Source: Eledone cirrhosa (lineage: Eukaryota). Taken from it: a DNA stretch of 64,000 nt. The position numbers and the translations under genes were made by a program. The notes under the pieces were generated by a model. The model was given only the letters and a program-made list of their open reading frames with translations. It had not been told where the DNA came from and made no database searches. Every line of letters begins with the position of its first letter. The first letter of the stretch is position 1. Location of the stretch: assembly GCA_964016885.1 (NCBI GenBank), contig OZ024754.1, positions 26,474,001 to 26,538,000 on the forward strand. The letters are read 5' to 3'. This document shows positions 12,734 through 26,349 of this stretch, piece by piece.

Positions 12734-15700
12734 TTCTTCTGGTTTTATAATTTCACAAAGTTTTACCAATAGAGAGAGAGTCGGTTTCTAACATAGACAC
12801 AAGACTCTCTCATTGGAATTTACACATCAACTAGGTAGATATGTATGTATGTCTGCATGCATGCATGTGTAGATATGGATGTTATTGTATGAGTGGATGT
12901 GTATGTTTTGAGTTGTATGTGTGCATGTGTATATGCTTTGTATCTGTACATGTGTATATGCAGTTATTAGATGCAAAATTTTTGGAATGTTTTACATATT
13001 TTTACTGTTCCATTAATGTATTGTACTTGTAGTTTCCTAACTAGTTGTGTTCGTTCTGTTCCTGTGAAGCCTAGCTTCTCAAGATTTGTATTGAGGCAGT
13101 TACTAACATGTCCCAGTGCCCCAACAATCACAGGCATAAATCTGAAGGTGTAATCAGGGTGGAGTATCTGCAGATTTCTCATCAGTTCTGCATAAATATT
13201 CTTCTTTTCACTAATCTTTGATATTATATTGGCATCTGCTGGGCAGCTAATTTCCACTACTGTGCATGTTTTCTTCTCCCTGTCATAATATCTGGTCTGT
13301 TATGCCTGCATATTATTGGAGTTTTTACTGGAACATTCCACCAGTACTCTTCTCCATCATAATATCTGGTCTGTTATGCCTGCATATTATTGGAGTTTTT
13401 ACTGGAACATTCCACCAGTACTCTTTCATATTATATACATGGATGTCTTCCACATTGTTGTAGCTTTTAATGTGTTTATTATCGGGGCTATCTTTTTTAC
13501 GAACTGCATCGTACAGTGTTTTGGCCACTACATCATGCCTCATAGATAGATAGTACCACGATGACATCTTTGGGCAGCTGCTGATGACATGGGTGATATC
13601 CTCAATGTTAGTTCTGCAGAGTCTGCACTTGTTATCACATCTAGGTGTTTTGCCTGCATCCCTATCTCTTTTGTGAATCAGGTATTTCGTGCTAATCTCC
13701 TGTTCTTGGATTGCAAAAGCGTATCCTTCAAAGTGGGAACCAATATAGTGGTTGTTGGTCCAAGATAGATTCTTTCTTTATCTATATTACTCTCACTCTG
13801 GAGCTTCCTGGCAACATATCCATGCATGATCTTTTGCTGATAGGCATGCAGTTTTTCATCCATGGATTCACTGTAATACTGCTGAGCGACATCCCTGGGT
13901 GTGAGTTTTTGATTATCACACAGGGAATATCTCTCAAGGAGTTCCTTCCCAACTCTCATCATCTTATCTGTTTCATGCAGATAGACTTGCTCGAGAAGCG
14001 GGCTCCTACGCTTCGAGGTTCGTAGATGTCTGAGAGATATGATGCGACATTCAAATGTTGTCTGGACTGATGTTAGGCCTCTGCCTCCCTGCTTACGTTT
14101 CAAGTAAAGGCGGTCTATGTCACTGTTGATGTGGAAGTTTCCGGTGTTGTTTAGTATTTTTCGAGTTCCAACATCAACTGCTCGGATTTCGTCTATCGTC
14201 CAATTGAGTATTCCAAACGTTGGTGTTAGGACAGGCACAGCAAACACATTGTGAGCCACTGTTTTGTTTTGCGCAGAGAGTTCCGATGACCAGATCTTTC
14301 TTCATCGGGTCTAGTATTCCCTGGTTACGCGTTCTTTATTACAGATACCATTATAGGATATGTTCTCATCTATCCCCAGGTATCTGTAGCAGTCCCCATC
14401 AGATATCGGTGAAACAGTTAGACCATTGATGACAATGTTGCTAGATTGGGTTGTTGTTTTTCCCCGCTTTACAGTCATGTATGAGCATTTATCTTGGCCA
14501 AACTCCATTCCTATATCCTTTGAGAACGTTGTAACCAGGTCAAGATTTTTCTTCATCCCATGCATGTTCTTGGCATAGAGTTTCAGATCGTCTACAAAGA
14601 AGTTATGGGTTAGGTTTGTATTTATGTCCTCCTGTGAGCCAATGATGTATCCCTCACATTTCTTGAGCAGAAAGGACAAGGGGTTTAATGACAAGATGAA
14701 CAATATCACAGAGAGACTGTCTCCCTGAAATATACCCCTGCAATATTTTATTTTATCAGTGAAAATAGAGTCCTCCCTCTCTGTCTTTAACCTTAGGATA
14801 GTATCCCAAGAAGAAGACAGCCTCTCTATGGCTCTGACAATAATGTCTGGGACTTTAGCAAGTTGGAGGGCCTCTATCATCCAAGAGTGGGGAACAGAAT
14901 CGAAAGCTTTCTTGTAGTCCAGCCAAACTGTAATCATATTCTTCCTAAGTTGTCTGACATCGCAGTTTTGTTGATTAGGAGTTGTTCAGCACATCCCCAA
15001 ACCCTTTTCTTTCCAGCTGCTTGTTCATCTGTGATGATGTTATTATTTTCACAGTGATCTTGGAGGAATAGGTTGAGGCAGGCTGTATACATCTTATACA
15101 TCAGGTTCTGGCATGCAATGGGTCGGTAGTTTTTTGCCAAGTGGGTGTCTTTGTTCTTGGGGACCAGTAACGTTTGTGCTAATGTCAACCATTCTGGTAT
15201 AAGTGTATCTCCCTTAAGAACTTGTTGGTAGAGGTCAGTAAGATACCTCCGATAGAATATTAGTTTTTTGTACCAGTAGCCGACAATCATGTCTCTTCCT
15301 GGTGTTTTCTTATCTTGGAGTTTTCCTATCACAGTCTCAAGGGTACCCTCACTTATTTCGTATGTTTTTGTTGTAGTGTAGGAGCAATAGTTCTTTCAGA
15401 TTTCTCTTAGCCACACTGCATCTTGGTTGAAATTCTTCTTTTCACCCCATATTTTTCTCCAAAAGGAATCTATGTCTTTCTGGGATGGGGCCTCAGTGAC
15501 ACTTATTATTTTGCCCTTCATATCTCTATAGACTGATGTTTGGTTTCGTCTGAATCTTTTGTTAAGCATTTTTCTCTCATCTACCTTCTTCAGGTATCGG
15601 CGTTTTTCGCTAACAGCTCTCAATTCTTGTTTGAGGGTGATCAGCTTATATTGGAGAGTTCTGGTCCCACTGTTACCAAACATCGTCTCTATTTTATTTT

Positions 15701-16929
15701 TCACTCTTTGTTGGTGAGGAGTGAGGTTTTTTTGTGTTTGTTTGCATGTAAGGAGCATTATCACATGTCCTATGTTTTTTCGTAGGTCAGCACTCTTTTT
15801 TTCTATTTTAGTTATATATGATTATATTTTTGGTGGTGTTTTGTTCTTGTTAATATCTCTGCTATCACCAAGATAATGCTTCACTGTCATTGCTAAGGCA
15901 TATAAACAGGCGTTGATTTGCCAAAATGTTGGTGTTTTTATCCGTCGTAAATATTCATCCCCTATTTCGTCAATAACACGTAGTATTTCATTATTTGGTT
16001 TTTTATTCACCATTGTCATTTTAACACGTTCAGCCAGAGAGATATTTATACATGAGTTAATTTCTCTCTGGAAGATTTCGTTGAGGGAAATTTTCAATTG
16101 TTTATACTTTTGATTATCATTATCGATAGTATTTTCCACAAGAGTCGAGGTAGACTCGGATGGTATACGTGGTGTCACATTTATTTGATTATTATTATTA
16201 TTTCTTCGATTATTATTATTATCGATAGTGTTTTCCCCAGCATTCGAGGTAGACTTAGATGGTACAGGTGGTGTCAAGTTTCTTACAGGCATAGTTGTTT
16301 CAAGGCACTGTTCGACCTGGCTGCTAGGAAGTCTAGTAGCATGGCGATCTGTAGCACGTGTTGTTGATTCCATGTTTGTTGTGGGGGACTTACAATTAAT
16401 AATATTTATCTTATTTTTACGTTCAACAAACGTCGCTTGTTGGCGTAATTGTTTCGCTGTGAAATAATTTAGCTCTGGGTGCATTTCATCCCAGTGTGTA
16501 GCTTCATTCTATTCATATAGCCAATGGAGGGATTGTTTTTTGCCATTTTATAACAATTAAATAAATCATTATTAAGTTCGCAACTCCAAGAGAAATGCGA
16601 TTTATAATTTCGGTTTCTTCTGTAGCTACAACTGAATAAAGTTTGATTACCTTCTTTGTTATTTGTCTTCGATACTTCCTTAATTTTCTTGTTGATGTTG
16701 TGTTCAGCCATGCTGTTTGTAGCAAATCCTTGTAAAATGAATTATGTATTTAGTCGGATATCTCTACGAATTCGAATAAAAGGTGTCTTCAGAAGGGATA
16801 GTTAGAAGAATAACCAGTTATTCAACCTGACTGTAGTTGTGGCATTACTGTCGGAGATAGTATTCATCTTAAATTTAATAAATAGTCTTCCACGCCAAAA
16901 TATGCGACTGATCGCGTTGACTGATGGAA
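12734..16929 (-). mobile_element. Near full-length R4/Dong-like RLE non-LTR retrotransposon, frameshifted
   Basis: Single broken ORF from ATG 16711: N-terminal Myb-like segment, RT (NYRPIAC, WLDYKKAFDSVPH, GIFQGDSLS, FVDDLKLY), CCHC and RLE (RHDVVAK, HNRPDI, EISCP). (TATG)n at both ends. Confidence 0.9.
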
Positions 16930-17003
16930 TGTATGTATGTATGTATGTATGTATGTATGTATGTATGTATGTATGTATGTATGTATGTATGTATGTATGT
17001 ATG

Positions 17004-17230
17004 CGGATAACTAGGATAACTCCGATATAAAACCTGCGGCTCAGTAGTTACCGATGATGTTGATCTTTTATTCTTTTCCGGTTATAGTTACTGTCGCTCA
17101 AAGAGTGGGATTGGCTCAGTGCACAGTCTTTCCTCACTTTAAAAAAATATCTTCATGCACAGCCATTGCACGATAGAATTAATTAATAATTATCAATAAT
17201 GGTATATCGTGCAATGGCTATACTCGATCA
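17004..17230 (+). mobile_element. Short RTE-related remnant with terminal hairpin
   Basis: Partial similarity to the 12340-12500 segment; hairpin agccattgcacgata/tatcgtgcaatggct. Confidence 0.45.
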
Positions 17231-17241
17231 TGTGTGTATGT

Positions 17242-17792
17242 ATGGTCGGGTCGTTGGCGACTAAACTGGCAACCCCACCAAGGTTTCTTGGTGAGGAGGG
17301 TGACTTTGGACATCCTGCAGGACTAAAAACAAAACCTGTCAAAGGGCAAAGGAGCTCTTAAGAGTCAATGGCCATCCAAAATCACCGGGAGAGATGACCC
17401 CTTAGCCTTTGTCAAGGCAGAATTCTAGGAGAAGGAAAACTCTGATATAACACCTGCAACCCTGATGGTATCCAATGATGTTGGCTTGTTCTTCTTTTGG
17501 TAAATATCATCTTGGTTAAGAGAGTGGACTGGCTTTGTGCAGTGCCTTTGCTCACTTTAAAAGCTTCACGGCACAGGCATCGCTTTATATCTGGAGATCT
17601 CTCTGCACTTGTCGTCACATGGTACCATTGGCCCAGCACTATGTGCCAATAATTGTCACAAGTGTAGTGTTTGTACCAGAGTTTTCAAGTCGCTGGCTGG
17701 ACTAAAAAGTCACACTCATTCAGCGCATCGGTAGGGTTCTCCTACATGGATATAAAGTAGTGGCCGTACTCGAAAACGAGTTGGCAGCCACC
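17242..17792 (+). mobile_element. RTE-derived bipartite non-autonomous element, copy 2 (5'-truncated by ~50 bp)
   Basis: Near-identical to 12149-12702, with the same (atgt)n tail. Confidence 0.7.
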
Positions 17793-18524
17793 ATGTATGT
17801 ATGTATGTATGTATGTATATAGAAATATGATGGTGATACGGAACGGTATGTTATTAGAGTTTCTTAAAGAAATACTTTTGAATATCAAATAACGAGAATT
17901 CTACTTTTTGGAAAAAAAACAAAAAACAAAAAAACAACAACAATAAAACCCAACAAAAAATAAAAAAAACAACAAAAAATAAAATAAAACAAAACAAAAC
18001 AAACATAAAAACAAACAAAAAAGACAAAAAAAAATTAATTTATTTTTTTTATCTTTCCAAGGCATGGATAAGATGTTTACCACTGCGATCATTTCAAATC
18101 AAATATATTTCTTCTGCCCAAAGAAAAAACAAAATCTTTGAGAATAGATAACCAAATTATATCCCGTCCGATACAAAATTTCTGTACTAGATAAAAGTTA
18201 ATATATTTCGATATAATTTAATATAAAATATATTTCATATATAAAATATCAAATGTCTCATCCACTCAAAGAAATATATTCTAGAGTATAGACAGAAAAA
18301 TGTGGTATATCCCGCCCTACACACCATAAATTGTACATGAGATTATATAATTTGATATAAAGTAATATATGAAATATCATAGAATATATTTAAATGTTGG
18401 GGACCATCTGCCATGGTTATAACACCGAATTGGCAGGCTGTCTCCGAATCGAATCGGTCCTCTATTTTCTATTTTCTATTCTGCTTGTGTTCGACGTAAT
18501 CCTGTTGTCTAATTCCGCAAATAA

Positions 18525-18594
18525 CACCTGATGAAATCGTCTAGTCTTGCATCATGATCGTATGATAAGGCTGGCCATCGAAGTATGTATAGTG
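18525..18594 (+). ncRNA. Degenerate hammerhead ribozyme
   Basis: cac CTGATGA...GAAG tatgta TA gtg; GAAA is mutated and stem II is extended (ctagtctt/aaggctgg). Confidence 0.45.
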
Positions 18595-18650
18595 CCTTCG
18601 AGGAATTAAAATTCGAAAGATTCGAAAGTAATATATATATATATATACAC

Positions 18651-18725
<75 letters not shown>

Positions 18726-18784
18726 TTTCTGCCATTCCTGTCGTCTCCGCAATCTTTCGATTTCTTCTTTAATGTCTCATTCTA

Positions 18785-18820
18785 TTTTCTAATGAAAGAC
18801 CAGCATCTGAAACGTTAAGA
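18785..18820 (+). ncRNA. Degenerate minimal hammerhead ribozyme
   Basis: ttt CTAATGA aaga ccagca tct GAAA cg TT aag; core G5 is mutated. Confidence 0.4.
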
Positions 18821-19739
18821 CACTTTCCTAATACATCAAGCGTAAAACTAATAATATATTTTTTCATTGTACTGTGTCGTTTGCTTTGTTATTTCTGTTT
18901 GTATTTTATATATATATATATATATATATAAATTATAAGGAAGCATATGAAAACGTTTTAGCTCAGCGTTCGCCAAAGTAACCGGCCAAAAGCAGCATTA
19001 ACGTTGGTCGTGATAAACAGCTTAATAATGATAATAATGATAATAACAATAATGATGACGATGATAATTAGAAGTGAAGAAGAAGAAAATAGAAAGAGAG
19101 CAGAAAAGAATGAAAGAAATCTAATGCTTGAAAGTAGCACAACCTCTTGCACTGATGAGAGGAGTGAGATATACCATATATATTGTCTTCTGTAATTCCA
19201 CAGTGGTTCTTAATTGGCAGAGATCTTAAGACTTCTTGACATTGTGAATCGATGAGCAACAGACAAGTGCAGACGAGCAGAAGAAATCTCTTGTAGCACT
19301 TTATCAAATTACTGGTGTATTAACTACATCTTTATTCCAAAGATATATTGTACATCAAGGCAACGAATTGGCAGTCATTAGAATGCTTTATTTCTTGCTT
19401 GGTAGCTCTGAAGGGAGGGGCAGTGCCCATGGCCTTTACAGCTTCTTCGAAACAATATACTTGTGAACGTTTGTGTTTGTAAATTTTATTTACCTGATTG
19501 ATATTTAAATACACTTTTCTACCTATGGTCCCTTATGGTTCCAAATCAGAGTTACGTGAACAAACACGATCACATTGAAAAGTTTGTTGGTTAATGTCTG
19601 TATGTTAGATGAAAAGTAACTTTTTATTCTTATTTCGTTAATCACAAATTTATTATGTAAAATATTTGATTGAAATATTTCTGGATTGATCTTACATGCT
19701 TGGATCAAGGTTTCTTGTGAAGGTAAATAAATGTTTTAT

Positions 19740-19965
19740 TTAGTGAATTGGCAGATTTGTGAGACACCCGGACTGAATATTTTGCGGCTCTCTGCACTTT
19801 GAGTTCTAATTCTTTCAAAGTCAACAATAAATGTTCAAGGCTGTGAATTGGCAGATTTTAGTCGCTCCGGCTCTCCCAACTTTGTGTTCTAATCCCTTCA
19901 AAGTCTACTTTGCCTTTCATCTTTTCGAGCTCGATAGATAAAATACCAGTCCAGTACTAGGTAGA
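19740..19965 (+). mobile_element. Degenerate MetaSINE-like SINE (duplicated head)
   Basis: gtgaattggcaga head occurs twice; Meta-domain-like ctttgcctttcatcttttcgagctcgata...taccagt. Confidence 0.6.
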
Positions 19966-20167
19966 TTTTTCTTTCCCACTTCTTCTCTCCAACTCTTTCC
20001 CTCTTTCTTTAGAAGAAATCAGCTTGTAGGGGGAATGCGCTCTGCCAGGTTTAAAATGCTGTCAATACGGTGCCCCTACAGATCTTCAGGAGCTGAGGTG
20101 CATACACACACACATACATACATACATACATACTACTACTACTACTACTACTACAACAACAACATCA

Positions 20168-20245
<78 letters not shown>

Positions 20246-20344
20246 GCTACTACTACTACTACTACTACAATAAAAGCAACAAAAACAACCACTAACTACT
20301 ACTACAACTATTATTATCGAAGAACGTCACCATCAGCCTCATCC

Positions 20345-21345
20345 ACAACGCCGCCAACGCCAGCAACAAAACCAACGCCAACCACGCCGCCAACGCCAGC
20401 AACAGAACCAACACCAACCACGCCACCAACGCCAGCAACAAAACCAACGACAACCACGGCGCAAAACGCCAGCAACAAAACCAACGCCAACCACGCCGCC
20501 AACGCCGCCAACAAAACCAACGCCAACCACGCCGCCAACGCCAACAACAAACCCAACGCCAACCACGCCGCCGACTCCAACAACAAAACGAACGCCAACC
20601 ACGCCGCCACCACGCCGCCAACGCCAACAACAAAACCAACGCCAACCACGCCGCCAACGCCAAAACAAAACCAACGCCAACCACGCCGCCACCACACCAC
20701 CAACGCCAGCAACAAAACCAACGCCAACCACGCCGCCAACGCCAACAACAAAACGAACGCCAACCACGCCGCCAACGCCAACAACAAAACCAACGCCAAC
20801 CACGCCGCCAACGCCAGCAACAAAATCAACGCCAACCACGCCGCCAACGCCGCCAACAAAACCAACGCAACCACGCCGCCAACGCCAACAACAAACCCAA
20901 CGACAACCACGCCGCCAACGCCAACAACAAAACCAACGTCAACCACGCCGGCAACAACAAAACCAACGCCAACCACGCCGCCAACGCCAACAACAAAGCC
21001 AACGCCAACCACGCCGCCAACGACAGCAACAAAACCAACGACAACCACGCCGCCAACGCCAACAACAAAACCAACGACAACCACGCCGCCAACGCCAACA
21101 ACAAAACCAACGACAACCACGCCGCCAACGCCAACAACAAAACCAACGACAACCACGCCGCCAACGCCAACAACAAAACAAACGTCAACCACGCCGCCAA
21201 CACCAACAACAAAACCAACGCCAACCACGCCGCCAACGACAACAACGCTACCAACGACAACCACGCCGCCAACGACAACAACGCTACCAACGACAACCAC
21301 GCCGCCAACGCGAACAACACCAACAACGCTACCAACGCCACCAAC
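20345..21345. repeat. ~36-bp C/A-rich minisatellite (ccacgccgccaacgccaacaacaaaaccaacgacaa), flanked by (TAC)n and (GAT)n arrays
   Basis: Direct reading; roughly 27 units with small indels. Confidence 0.9.
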
Positions 21346-21687
21346 AACAACAGCACAACGCTGATGATGGTGATGGTGATGATAGTGATGGTGATGATAG
21401 TGATGATGATGATGATGATGATGATGGTGATGATAGTGATGATGATGATGATCATGGTGAAGATGATGGTGATGATGATGATGATGATGATGGTGTTGAT
21501 AATGATGATGATAGTGATGATGATGGTGATGATAGTGATGATGATGGTGATGATGATGGTGATGATAGTGCTGATGATGGTGATGATGATGGTGATGATG
21601 ATGGTGATGATAGTGATGATGATGGTGATGATAGTGATGATGGTGATGATGGTGATGATGGTGAAGATGATGATTTTGGTGGAGGGG

Positions 21688-22039
21688 AAAGTCGAATAAA
21701 TCGATCCCAGTGCGTTACTGGTACTTGTACTTTATTCTATCAACCCCGTAAAGATGAAAGGCAAAGCTAACCTCAGCGAGATTTGAACTCAGAACGTAAA
21801 TGGCCGTAACTCTATGCCGCTCTACCGATCCTGCCAATAATAATTGTTTCTACTTTTGGCACAAGGCCAGCAATTACCCAGTGCATTACTGGTACTTTAT
21901 TTTATCGAACCTGTAAGGATGAAAGGCAAAGTTAACCTCGGCGAGATTTGAACTCAGACCATAAAGGGACTCTTTGCTGCAAAGCATGGCGTCCGACCCT
22001 CTACCGATACTGCCAATCCACCGCCCTTAATCCACTGCC

Positions 22040-22045
<6 letters not shown>
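21688..22045 (-). mobile_element. Two tandem MetaSINE-like tRNA-derived SINEs
   Basis: Reverse complement of the Meta domain (gcctttcatc...tcgataaaataaagtaccag) plus B-box-like gagttcaaatc, twice. Confidence 0.75.
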
Positions 22046-22075
<30 letters not shown>

Positions 22076-22163
22076 TGTTTATACTTTTGGCACAAAACCA
22101 ACCAAAATACCACCGAACAAAGGTTAACTAATATTTTGTTTCTTTGCTTTTTCATCTTTTCAG

Positions 22164-22529
22164 GTGTTTCGGTGGCTGTAAGTTGTTTCACTTTAGTTGC
22201 AATATCTCTGGAGAGATACTTTGCTATCTGCCGTCCTCTACAGTCACGCAGTTGGCAAACAGTTACTCATGCTTACATCTCGATCGTTATATGCTGGGTG
22301 TTGTCAGGTATTGTCACAATACCGATCGCCACATATAACAAACTGGTTCTTTATATGTCATTTAGTAAGTGCGAAGAAAAGTGGCCGGCGAAGATTGGAG
22401 AACAAATCTATACGAGTTTGTTAGATATAGTTCTCTTGTTTGTACCAATTCTTATTATGTCCATGGCCTATGGCATGATCTGCTTCACTCTTTGGAAAGG
22501 AATTCGTTTAGAAAGACTGGCGAAAAAAG
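22164..22529 (+). CDS. Internal coding exon of a cholecystokinin/sulfakinin-type class A GPCR (TM3-TM5)
   Basis: Polypyrimidine tract plus cag acceptor at 22163, aaag|gtatgt donor at 22530, 366 bp, phase 1-1. Encodes VSVAVSCFTLVAISLERYFAICRPLQSRSWQT..CW..C.E.W..LLFVPILIMSMAYGMI, closely matching CCKR. Confidence 0.9.
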
Positions 22530-23291
22530 GTATGTGCAATTACTATATATATATACATACATATATATGCGTATTTGAATATTAATTCTAGGAAGGTTCT
22601 ACCGATATTGTTTTCTACGTTCAACAAAAAAGGTGATATTAACATATAAACACTGGAAGCAGCCAGTATTACGGAAATGAATGCATTCAAAACTGATGAT
22701 TAAGCATTATGCATGTATAATTCTTCCACAATGAAATTGTTTTAGTTTCAACACACAATCTCGGATCAAGCCATTTGTCAGACATGTGCAGCAATATGTG
22801 TATGGTTATGTTACTGAATGGCTGAACTGTCTCTTCTGCAATGTAATTGCTTTAGTTTCAACACAGTTTCAGATCAAATCGCTTGATAGACAAGTGCAAC
22901 TTCTAAAATAATCTATTCATTTATACACATCGTCTAAAAATTGTGTTTGTTATACCCCTTTTAGAATCAATATTTCCATCCAATATATTGAAATATTGCC
23001 ATTTAAATTCTATTTATAATTGCATCTTTTAAATAATTCCTTCATACGTATTCAGAATATTTAAACACTGTTTCACACTTGTCTGATCCGTAATATGGCT
23101 TCTGTTTACAAAAGTTCTTTGTTTTTTTCTATTTTTCTTAATTGTTACATTGGGAATTTTATCTGACGAATTTGTTATAACTACTTTAGTGTAGATTCCT
23201 ATCACTTAAGATAGTTATCTGCCTGTCTATCTATGATAATACATAGGTATGTATGCATATATGTATGCATATATGTATGTATGTATGTATA

Positions 23292-25050
23292 TTCTTCTGG
23301 TTTTATAATTTCACAAATTTTTGCCAATAGACACAACATAGACACAAGACTCTCTCATTGGAACTTACACGACATCAACTAGGTAGATTATGTATGCATG
23401 CATGCATGTGTAGGTATGGATGTTATTGTATGTGTGGATGTGTATGTTTTCAGTTGCATGTGTGCATGTGTATATGCTTAGTATATGTACATGTGTAGAT
23501 GCAGTTATTAGATGCAAAATTTTTGGAATGTTTTACATATTTTTACTGTTCCATTAATGGATTGTACTTGTAATTTCCTAACTAGTTGTGTTCTTTCTGT
23601 TCCTGTGAAGCCTAGCTTCTTAAGATTTGTATTCAGACAGTTACTAACATCCCAGTGCCCCAATAACAACAGGCATAAATCTGAAGGTATAATCAGGGTG
23701 GAGTATCTGCAGATTTCTCATCAGTTCTGCATAAATATTCTTTTTTCACTAATCTTTGATATTATATTGCCATCTGCTGGCAGCTAACTTCCACTACTGT
23801 GCATGCCTTCTTTTCCCTGTCCCATAACATTATATCTGGTCTGTTATGCCTGTATTTTATTGGGGTTTTTACTGGAAGATTCCACCAATACTCTTTCATA
23901 TTATGTATATGTATGTCTTCCACATTGCTGTAGCTTTTAATGTGTTTATAATCGGGGCTATCTTTTGTACGGATTGCATTGTACAGTGTTTAGGCCACTA
24001 CATCATGCCTCATAGGTAGATAGTACCGCGATGACATCTTTGGGCAGCTGCTGATGACATGGGTGACATCTTCGATGTTAATTCTGCAGAGTCTGCACTT
24101 GTTGTCACATCTAGGTGTTTTGCCTGCATCCCTATCTCTTTTGTGAATCAGGTATTTCGTGTTGATTTCCTGTTCTTGGATTGCAAAAGCGTATCCTTCA
24201 AAGTGGGAGCCAATATAGCGGTTGTTGGTCCAAGATAGATTCTTTCTTTATCTATATTACTCTCACTCTGGAGCTTCCTGGCAACATATCGATGCATGAT
24301 TTTTTGCTGATAAGCATGCAATTTTTCAACCATGGATTCACTGCGGTACTGCTGAGCGACTTCCCTGGGTGGTAGTTTTTGATTATCACACAGGGAATAT
24401 CTTTCAAGGAGTTCCTTCCCAACTCTCATGATCTTATCTGTTTCATGCAGATAGACTTGCTCCAGAGACGGGCTCCTACGCTTTGAGGTTCGTAGATGTT
24501 GTCGGAGGGATATGATGCGACATTCAAATGTTGTCTGGACTGATGTTAGGCCTCTGCCTCCCTGCTTACGTTTCAAGTAAAGGCGGTCTATGTCACTGTT
24601 GATGTGGAAGTTTCCGGTGTTGTTTAGTATTTTTCGAGTTCTAACATCAACTGCTCGGATTTCGTCTATCGTCCAATTGAGTATTCCAAACGTTGGTGTT
24701 AGGTCAGGCTCAGCAAACATTGTGAGCCAGTGTTTTGTTTTGCGCAGAGAGTTCCGATGACCATATTTTTCTTAATCGGGTGTAGTATTCCCTGGTTACG
24801 CGTTCCTTATTACAGATACCATTATAGGATATGTTCTCATCCATCCCCAGGTATCTGTAGCAGTCCTCATCAGATATCGGTGAAACAGTTAGGCCATTGA
24901 TGACAATGTTGCTAGATTGGGTTGATTTTCCCGGCTTTATATATATGAGCATTTATCTTGGCCAAACTCCATTACTATATCCTTTGAGAATGTTGTAACT
25001 AGGTTAAGATTTTTCTTCATCCAATCTATGTTCTTTGCACAGAGTTTCAG
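23292..25050 (-). mobile_element. R4/Dong-like element, 5'-truncated copy
   Basis: High identity to 12734-14585; same 3' end ccagaagaa; (TATG)n on both sides. Confidence 0.9.
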
Positions 25051-25712
25051 TATGTATGTATGTATGTATGTATGTATGTATGTATGTATGTATGTATGTA
25101 TGTATGTATGTATGTATGTATGTATGTATGTATGTATACATTTAGTCATACATAATATATATGTATATAAATGTATGTGTATATATATGTGTTCACATAC
25201 ATATGTACATACAAATATGTGAGACCGTATATTTCCGGAAGCGAATTTTCTAACACAGCTTTGCCTGTTTTCTATCCATAAGCGCCTTACAGGATTCATT
25301 AAAAAGATTCTTCTTCTTCTTCTTCTTCTTCTTCTTCTTCTTCTTCTTCTTCTTCTTCTTCTTCTTCTTCTTCTTCTTCCTCCCCGCCTCCTCCTCCTCC
25401 TCCTCCTCCTTGATCCCCTCCTTCATCTCCTCCACCCCCCCCATCTTCCGTGCCTCTTTACAGCAGAAGATCAACAATTACTAAGATCAAGATGTTAAAC
25501 AAAGGAGATGGAGGCAACACAGGGTTCCGTATTAGTTCAAGGCACTTTGTTATCTCGTTAAAGGCGACCGTGTTTTCCATGGCAACACAATTTCATTTCA
25601 CCTGCACTAAAACCAAAGCTAACTTGCTGACGCTTTAGCTAGCATTAAACAAACACATGAATGAGATTATATGTATGTATCTTTGTATGTATGTATGATG
25701 TATGTATGTATG

Positions 25713-26216
25713 TTATCTCTTTCTCTTAATTTCGAGTATATTTTTTTGACCGGCCACCTTCCTGGTGGCAAGGTTGTAAAAGAAAAGAAATTGTCATCCC
25801 TTGAATCGCAAGAATGTTTTGCAAATTTTGAAGGTGCCAGCTATCGCAGCCATTTGTAGATTATGAATTAGGGAGCTGCGCTTTTTGTCCGCAAATCCAA
25901 GTTCAGTCATACTTTGGTCCAAGCGGGTTGGTATATAACCGGTAGCTCCAATAATGATGGGTATGAAGCTAAAGGTGTATCTTGGATACTGGATTTGTAA
26001 ACTCCTCATCAATGGTCCGTAGATGTCCTCCTTCTCCCGTATTTTTCTGACAACGTTTACATCAGGTGGGCAGCTGATCTCCAGAACAGAACACGTTTTC
26101 AATGTGTGGTCCCAAACATCAATATCAGGCCGGTTGTGCTTTAATTTGGTGGCAGTTTTTATTTTCAGGTTCCACCAGTATTCCTTAGTGCCATCTGTCT
26201 CAATATATTCTTCCTC
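25713..26216 (-). mobile_element. Divergent R4/Dong-like subfamily, RLE domain plus 3' UTR
   Basis: EYWWN..HNRPDI..LEISCPPDVNV..EKEDIY; different 3' UTR with hairpin gccacc/ggtggc; (TATG)n both sides. Confidence 0.85.
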
Positions 26217-26349
26217 GTATGTATGTATGTATGTATGTATGTATGTATGTATGTATGTATGTATCTATGTATGTATGTATGTATGTATGTATGCATGCAT
26301 GTATGTATGTATGTATGTATGTATGTATGTATGTATGTATGTATGTATG

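Noticed and set aside
13286-13424. 73-bp tandem duplication inside the R4-like RLE
   Set aside because: Absent from the other copies; a private inactivating mutation.
20292-21699. Long ORFs (328 aa V/G-rich; mucin-like P/T on the other strand)
   Set aside because: Stop-free only because the 36-bp unit lacks stops; indels shift frames and no splice sites are evident.
22136-22585. ORF-track 149-aa protein as a complete gene
   Set aside because: Its ends are intronic read-through; the real exon is 22164-22529.
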